DNA of 64,000 nucleotides from Escherichia coli (GTDB lineage Bacteria; Pseudomonadota; Gammaproteobacteria; Enterobacterales; Enterobacteriaceae): NCBI RefSeq assembly GCF_013122565.1, contig NZ_CP053258.1; one strand, 5' to 3'. Shown piece by piece: positions 58,812 to 64,000 of this stretch (position 1 is its first letter; each line of letters starts with the position of its first letter). The notes under the pieces were generated by a model. It saw only the letters and a program-made list of their open reading frames with translations, ran no database searches and was not told where the DNA came from. The position numbers and the translations under genes were made by a program.

Positions 58812-61106
58812 ATGAAGGTAGATATTGATACCAGCGATAAGCTGTACGCCGACGCATGGCTTGGCTTTAAAGGTACGGACTGGAAAAACGAAATTAATGT
58901 CCGCGATTTTATTCAACATAACTATACACCGTATGAAGGCGATGAATCTTTCCTCGCCGAAGCGACGCCAGCCACCACGGAATTGTGGGAAAAAGTAATG
59001 GAAGGCATTCGTATTGAAAACGCAACCCACGCGCCGGTTGATTTCGATACCAATATTGCTACCACTATTACCGCTCATGATGCGGGATATATTAACCAGC
59101 CGCTGGAAAAAATTGTTGGCCTGCAAACGGATGCGCCGTTGAAACGTGCGCTACACCCGTTCGGTGGCATTAATATGATTAAAAGTTCATTCCACGCCTA
59201 TGGCCGTGAAATGGACAGTGAATTTGAATATCTGTTTACCGATCTGCGTAAAACCCATAACCAGGGCGTATTTGATGTTTACTCACCGGATATGCTGCGC
59301 TGCCGTAAATCTGGCGTGCTGACCGGTTTACCAGATGGCTATGGTCGTGGGCGCATTATCGGTGACTATCGCCGCGTAGCGCTGTATGGCATCAGTTATC
59401 TGGTGCGTGAACGCGAACTGCAATTTGCCGATCTCCAGTCTCGTCTGGAAAAAGGCGAGGATCTGGAAGCCACCATCCGTCTGCGTGAGGAGCTGGCAGA
59501 GCATCGTCATGCGCTGTTGCAGATTCAGGAAATGGCGGCGAAATATGGCTTTGATATCTCTCGCCCGGCGCAGAATGCACAGGAAGCGGTGCAGTGGCTC
59601 TACTTCGCTTATCTGGCGGCAGTGAAATCGCAAAATGGCGGCGCGATGTCGCTGGGGCGCACAGCATCGTTCCTCGATATCTACATTGAGCGCGACTTTA
59701 AAGCTGGCGTCCTCAATGAGCAGCAGGCACAGGAACTGATCGATCACTTCATCATGAAGATCCGTATGGTACGCTTCCTGCGTACACCGGAATTTGATTC
59801 GCTGTTCTCCGGCGACCCAATCTGGGCGACGGAAGTGATCGGCGGGATGGGGCTGGACGGTCGTACGCTGGTGACCAAAAACTCCTTCCGCTATTTGCAC
59901 ACCCTGCACACTATGGGGCCGGCACCGGAACCTAACCTGACCATTCTTTGGTCGGAAGAATTACCGATTGCCTTCAAAAAATATGCCGCGCAGGTGTCGA
60001 TCGTCACCTCTTCCTTGCAGTATGAAAACGACGATCTGATGCGTACTGACTTCAACAGCGACGATTACGCGATTGCCTGCTGCGTCAGCCCAATGGTGAT
60101 TGGTAAGCAAATGCAGTTCTTTGGTGCACGCGCTAACCTGGCGAAAACGCTGCTGTACGCAATTAACGGCGGGGTGGACGAGAAGCTGAAGATTCAGGTC
60201 GGGCCGAAAACAGCACCGCTGATGGACGACGTGCTGGATTACGACAAAGTGATGGACAGCCTCGATCACTTCATGGACTGGCTGGCGGTGCAGTACATCA
60301 GCGCGCTGAATATCATTCACTACATGCACGACAAGTACAGCTACGAAGCTTCGCTGATGGCGCTGCACGATCGTGATGTCTATCGCACTATGGCATGCGG
60401 CATCGCGGGCCTGTCGGTGGCGACGGACTCCCTGTCTGCCATCAAATATGCCCGCGTGAAACCAATCCGTGACGAAAACGGCCTGGCGGTGGACTTTGAA
60501 ATCGACGGCGAATATCCGCAGTATGGCAACAACGACGAGCGCGTAGACAGTATTGCCTGCGACCTGGTTGAACGCTTTATGAAGAAAATTAAAGCGCTGC
60601 CGACCTATCGTAACGCCGTCCCGACCCAGTCGATTCTGACTATCACTTCTAACGTGGTGTACGGCCAGAAAACCGGTAATACGCCGGACGGTCGTCGCGC
60701 CGGAACACCGTTCGCGCCGGGCGCTAACCCGATGCATGGTCGTGACCGCAAAGGTGCCGTGGCCTCATTAACGTCGGTGGCGAAACTGCCGTTCACCTAC
60801 GCCAAAGACGGGATCTCGTACACCTTCTCAATCGTCCCTGCGGCGCTGGGCAAAGAAGATCCAGTACGTAAAACCAACCTTGTCGGCCTGCTGGATGGGT
60901 ATTTCCACCACGAAGCGGATGTCGAAGGCGGTCAACACCTCAACGTCAACGTAATGAATCGGGAAATGCTGCTGGATGCCATCGAGCACCCGGAAAAATA
61001 TCCCAACCTGACAATCCGTGTCTCTGGCTACGCCGTGCGCTTCAACGCACTGACCCGTGAACAGCAGCAGGATGTTATTTCACGTACCTTTACCCAGGCG
61101 CTCTGA
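58812..61106 (+). CDS. tdcE: 2-ketobutyrate/pyruvate formate-lyase (764 aa, glycyl-radical enzyme)
   Basis: Track ORF; C-terminal glycyl-radical motif RVSGYAVRF. Confidence 0.95.
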   Translation: MKVDIDTSDKLYADAWLGFKGTDWKNEINVRDFIQHNYTPYEGDESFLAEATPATTELWEKVMEGIRIENATHAPVDFDTNIATTITAHDAGYINQPLEKIVGLQTDAPLKRALHPFGGINMIKSSFHAYGREMDSEFEYLFTDLRKTHNQGVFDVYSPDMLRCRKSGVLTGLPDGYGRGRIIGDYRRVALYGISYLVRERELQFADLQSRLEKGEDLEATIRLREELAEHRHALLQIQEMAAKYGFDISRPAQNAQEAVQWLYFAYLAAVKSQNGGAMSLGRTASFLDIYIERDFKAGVLNEQQAQELIDHFIMKIRMVRFLRTPEFDSLFSGDPIWATEVIGGMGLDGRTLVTKNSFRYLHTLHTMGPAPEPNLTILWSEELPIAFKKYAAQVSIVTSSLQYENDDLMRTDFNSDDYAIACCVSPMVIGKQMQFFGARANLAKTLLYAINGGVDEKLKIQVGPKTAPLMDDVLDYDKVMDSLDHFMDWLAVQYISALNIIHYMHDKYSYEASLMALHDRDVYRTMACGIAGLSVATDSLSAIKYARVKPIRDENGLAVDFEIDGEYPQYGNNDERVDSIACDLVERFMKKIKALPTYRNAVPTQSILTITSNVVYGQKTGNTPDGRRAGTPFAPGANPMHGRDRKGAVASLTSVAKLPFTYAKDGISYTFSIVPAALGKEDPVRKTNLVGLLDGYFHHEADVEGGQHLNVNVMNREMLLDAIEHPEKYPNLTIRVSGYAVRFNALTREQQQDVISRTFTQAL

Positions 61107-61119
61107 CGCCGGAGGATGT

Positions 61120-61509
61120 ATGAAAAAGATTATCGAAACGCAACGTGCCCCAGGCGCAATCGGCCCTTATGTTCAAGGCGTTGATTTAGGCAGCATGGTC
61201 TTCACCTCCGGTCAAATTCCGGTTTGCCCACAGACCGGTGAGATCCCGGCTGATGTGCAAGATCAGGCGCGTTTAAGCCTCGAAAACGTCAAAGCGATCG
61301 TGGTTGCTGCCGGGCTGAGCGTGGGCGATATCATCAAGATGACCGTGTTCATCACCGATCTGAATGATTTTGCCACTATCAATGAAGTCTATAAGCAGTT
61401 CTTCGATGAGCATCAGGCGACCTACCCGACCCGGAGCTGTGTGCAGGTCGCGCGTTTGCCGAAAGATGTGAAGCTGGAAATTGAAGCCATCGCAGTACGT
61501 AGTGCGTAA
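61120..61509 (+). CDS. tdcF: RidA-family enamine/imine deaminase TdcF (129 aa)
   Basis: MKKIIETQRAPGAIGPYVQGVDLG… preceded by ggagg; within track ORF 61057..61509. Confidence 0.93.
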   Translation: MKKIIETQRAPGAIGPYVQGVDLGSMVFTSGQIPVCPQTGEIPADVQDQARLSLENVKAIVVAAGLSVGDIIKMTVFITDLNDFATINEVYKQFFDEHQATYPTRSCVQVARLPKDVKLEIEAIAVRSA

Positions 61510-61580
61510 AGCCTCGTGAGCGGGACGGTCGTAAGGTCGTTCCGCTCCACTTCACTGAACGGCAATCCGAGGGTGTGGAT

Positions 61581-62945
61581 ATGATTAGTGCATTCGATAT
61601 TTTCAAAATTGGGATTGGTCCCTCCAGTTCGCATACCGTGGGGCCAATGAATGCCGGAAAAAGTTTTATTGATCGGCTGGAAAGTAGCGGCTTATTAACC
61701 GCGACGAGCCATATTGTGGTCGATCTGTACGGGTCGTTGTCACTGACGGGCAAAGGCCATGCCACGGATGTCGCCATCATCATGGGACTGGCAGGAAACA
61801 GTCCGCAGGATGTTGTCATTGATGAGATCCCTGCATTTATAGAGTTAGTAACGCGCAGCGGGCGGCTGCCAGTGGCATCTGGTGCGCATATTGTTGATTT
61901 TCCTGTAGCAAAGAACATTATCTTCCATCCCCAAATGTTGCCTCGCCATGAGAACGGAATGCGGATCACTGCCTGGAAGGGACAGGAAGAGCTATTAAGT
62001 AAAACCTATTACTCTGTCGGCGGCGGGTTTATTGTCGAAGAAGAACAGTTCGGCCTGTCGCACGATGTCGAAACGTCCGTACCTTACGATTTCCACTCAG
62101 CAGGTGAACTGCTGAAAATGTGTGATTACAACGGTCTGTCTATTTCTGGCCTGATGATGCACAACGAGCTAGCGCTGCGCAGTAAAGCGGAAATTGACGC
62201 CGGTTTTGCCCGTATCTGGCAAGTGATGCATGACGGTATTGAACGCGGGATGAACACTGAAGGCGTGCTGCCTGGTCCGCTCAATGTGCCGCGCCGTGCC
62301 GTAGCGCTGCGTCGTCAGCTGGTTTCCAGCGATAACATCTCTAACGATCCGATGAATGTCATCGACTGGATCAACATGTACGCGCTGGCGGTTAGTGAAG
62401 AAAACGCAGCTGGCGGGCGCGTGGTAACGGCACCGACTAACGGTGCGTGCGGCATTATTCCGGCAGTGCTGGCTTATTACGATAAGTTCCGTCGTCCGGT
62501 AAACGAGCGATCAATTGCCCGCTATTTTCTTGCAGCCGGGGCTATTGGCGCGCTGTATAAAATGAACGCCTCCATCTCTGGCGCGGAGGTCGGCTGTCAG
62601 GGGGAGATTGGCGTGGCCTGTTCAATGGCGGCGGCAGGGTTAACTGAACTACTGGGCGGCAGTCCGGCGCAGGTATGCAATGCGGCGGAAATCGCGATGG
62701 AGCATAACCTTGGGCTGACCTGCGATCCGGTTGCCGGACAGGTACAAATCCCGTGCATTGAACGTAATGCCATTAATGCCGTGAAAGCAGTAAACGCCGC
62801 GCGGATGGCGATGCGCCGCACCTCGGCACCGCGTGTTTCACTCGATAAAGTGATCGAGACGATGTATGAAACCGGCAAAGATATGAACGATAAATACCGC
62901 GAAACATCACGCGGAGGACTGGCCATTAAAGTGGTCTGCGGCTGA
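61581..62945 (+). CDS. tdcG: L-serine dehydratase TdcG (454 aa)
   Basis: [23 protein letters not shown]…; within track ORF 61575..62945. Confidence 0.93.
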   Translation: MISAFDIFKIGIGPSSSHTVGPMNAGKSFIDRLESSGLLTATSHIVVDLYGSLSLTGKGHATDVAIIMGLAGNSPQDVVIDEIPAFIELVTRSGRLPVASGAHIVDFPVAKNIIFHPQMLPRHENGMRITAWKGQEELLSKTYYSVGGGFIVEEEQFGLSHDVETSVPYDFHSAGELLKMCDYNGLSISGLMMHNELALRSKAEIDAGFARIWQVMHDGIERGMNTEGVLPGPLNVPRRAVALRRQLVSSDNISNDPMNVIDWINMYALAVSEENAAGGRVVTAPTNGACGIIPAVLAYYDKFRRPVNERSIARYFLAAGAIGALYKMNASISGAEVGCQGEIGVACSMAAAGLTELLGGSPAQVCNAAEIAMEHNLGLTCDPVAGQVQIPCIERNAINAVKAVNAARMAMRRTSAPRVSLDKVIETMYETGKDMNDKYRETSRGGLAIKVVCG

Positions 62946-62968
62946 CATTGCTGTCAGCTTTCATCCTT

Positions 62969-62996
62969 GGGTGCACAAATGTGCACCTTTTTTTTG
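62969..62996 (+). terminator. tdc operon rho-independent terminator
   Basis: ggtgcacaaatgtgcacc hairpin followed by a T8 run. Confidence 0.6.
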
Positions 62997-63219
62997 TGAT
63001 CTGCCGCAAATAGAGAATGAATATTGTCTTGCGATTAATTTAGTAGAAAATTCTTATCCATCTCCGTTATTTCAAAGTCTTGATTGTGAAGATTTTCTCT
63101 GACCTCGCGCGTATCATTTCTTTATTCTAATAACTCGCCTGCAAAAACGTAGACCGCATATCGCCTTGATGCGGCTCGGAAAAAAATAATAAGCCCTACA
63201 AAATATTGAGCGAGAAATT

Positions 63220-64000
63220 ATGGAAATTGCATCGAATAAAGGCGTCATTGCAGACGCTTCGACCCCGGCGGGTCGTGCTGGAATGAGTGAGAGCGAGTGG
63301 CGAGAAGCGATCAAATTCGACAGTACTGACACCGGCTGGGTGATTATGAGTATCGGGATGGCGATTGGCGCGGGGATTGTTTTTCTCCCGGTGCAGGTCG
63401 GTTTGATGGGATTGTGGGTATTTTTGCTCTCATCGGTGATTGGTTACCCGGCAATGTATCTGTTTCAGCGATTGTTTATTAATACGCTGGCAGAATCACC
63501 AGAATGTAAAGATTACCCGAGCGTCATTAGCGGTTATTTAGGTAAAAACTGGGGCATCCTGTTAGGTGCACTCTATTTCGTAATGCTGGTGATTTGGATG
63601 TTCGTCTATTCCACCGCCATCACCAACGATAGTGCTTCCTACCTGCATACCTTCGGCGTGACGGAAGGGTTGCTGTCAGACAGTCCCTTTTATGGTCTGG
63701 TACTGATTTGCATTCTGGTGGCGATCTCTTCACGCGGCGAGAAATTGTTATTCAAAATTTCGACCGGCATGGTGCTGACCAAGCTGCTGGTAGTCGCGGC
63801 GCTGGGCGTGTCGATGGTGGGTATGTGGCATCTGTATCACGTCGGTTCGCTACCGCCGCTGGGGCTGCTGGTGAAAAACGCCATTATTACGCTGCCGTTT
63901 ACCCTGACGTCGATTCTGTTTATCCAGACGTTAAGCCCGATGGTGATCTCTTATCGCTCGCGGGAAAAATCGATTGAAGTAGCGCGGCATAAAGCATTGC
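63220..64000 (+). CDS. yhaO: HAAAP-family amino-acid transporter YhaO (DlsT), N-terminal part (3' end beyond the window)
   Basis: ATG at 63220; frame is open to the window end, so it is absent from the ORF track; translation MEIASNKGVIADASTPAGRAGMSESEWREAIKFDSTDTGWVIMSIGMAIGAGIVFLPVQ… resembles TdcC/SdaC. Confidence 0.85.
   Translation, partial: MEIASNKGVIADASTPAGRAGMSESEWREAIKFDSTDTGWVIMSIGMAIGAGIVFLPVQVGLMGLWVFLLSSVIGYPAMYLFQRLFINTLAESPECKDYPSVISGYLGKNWGILLGALYFVMLVIWMFVYSTAITNDSASYLHTFGVTEGLLSDSPFYGLVLICILVAISSRGEKLLFKISTGMVLTKLLVVAALGVSMVGMWHLYHVGSLPPLGLLVKNAIITLPFTLTSILFIQTLSPMVISYRSREKSIEVARHKAL

Noticed and set aside
59961-60737. 258-aa minus-strand ORF inside tdcE
   Set aside because: Antisense ORF within a conserved glycyl-radical enzyme gene; no supporting signals.
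61379-61969. 196-aa minus-strand ORF spanning the tdcF/tdcG junction
   Set aside because: Antisense to two conserved genes; likely a chance open frame.

Overview
Escherichia coli-type chromosomal window (K-12 map around 70-71 min, here in reverse orientation), fully syntenic with infB-rbfA-truB-rpsO-pnp-nlpI-deaD-mtr-yhbW-ubiVUT-yhbSQPO-yraRQ-dolP-diaA-yraN-lpoA-rsmI ... aga cluster ... agaR-yhaV-prlF ... garDPLRK-rnpB-yhaC-yhaB-tdcR-tdcABCDEFG-yhaO. Gene identities come from reading the supplied translations against remembered protein families and K-12 gene order; no database search was run. Three loci differ from the K-12 arrangement. (1) A 7-gene carbohydrate island sits between prlF and garD (about 37.0-44.1 kb): an AgaR-paralogous DeoR regulator, a NagK-like ROK kinase, a Cys-rich Gfo/Idh/MocA oxidoreductase, a ChbG/YdjC-like deacetylase, a GH4 6-phospho-glycosidase and PTS EIIC/EIIB of the lactose/cellobiose family, with no EIIA. 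Its substrate is unknown and it is the best candidate for an uncharacterised system in this window. (2) Where K-12 carries the yraHIJK fimbrial operon (between rsmI and agaI) there is instead a secreted MBL-fold metallo-hydrolase and a divergent LysR regulator. (3) The aga locus is complete (full-length agaA plus agaF and agaE), unlike the deleted K-12 version. Two apparent gene inactivations are visible directly: an in-frame amber codon in the yhaV toxin gene and a frameshift splitting yhaC. RNase P RNA (rnpB) with its 3' tandem repeats, REP elements and several terminators and operator-like motifs are also present. No CRISPR array, tRNA, rRNA, integrase or transposase was seen.
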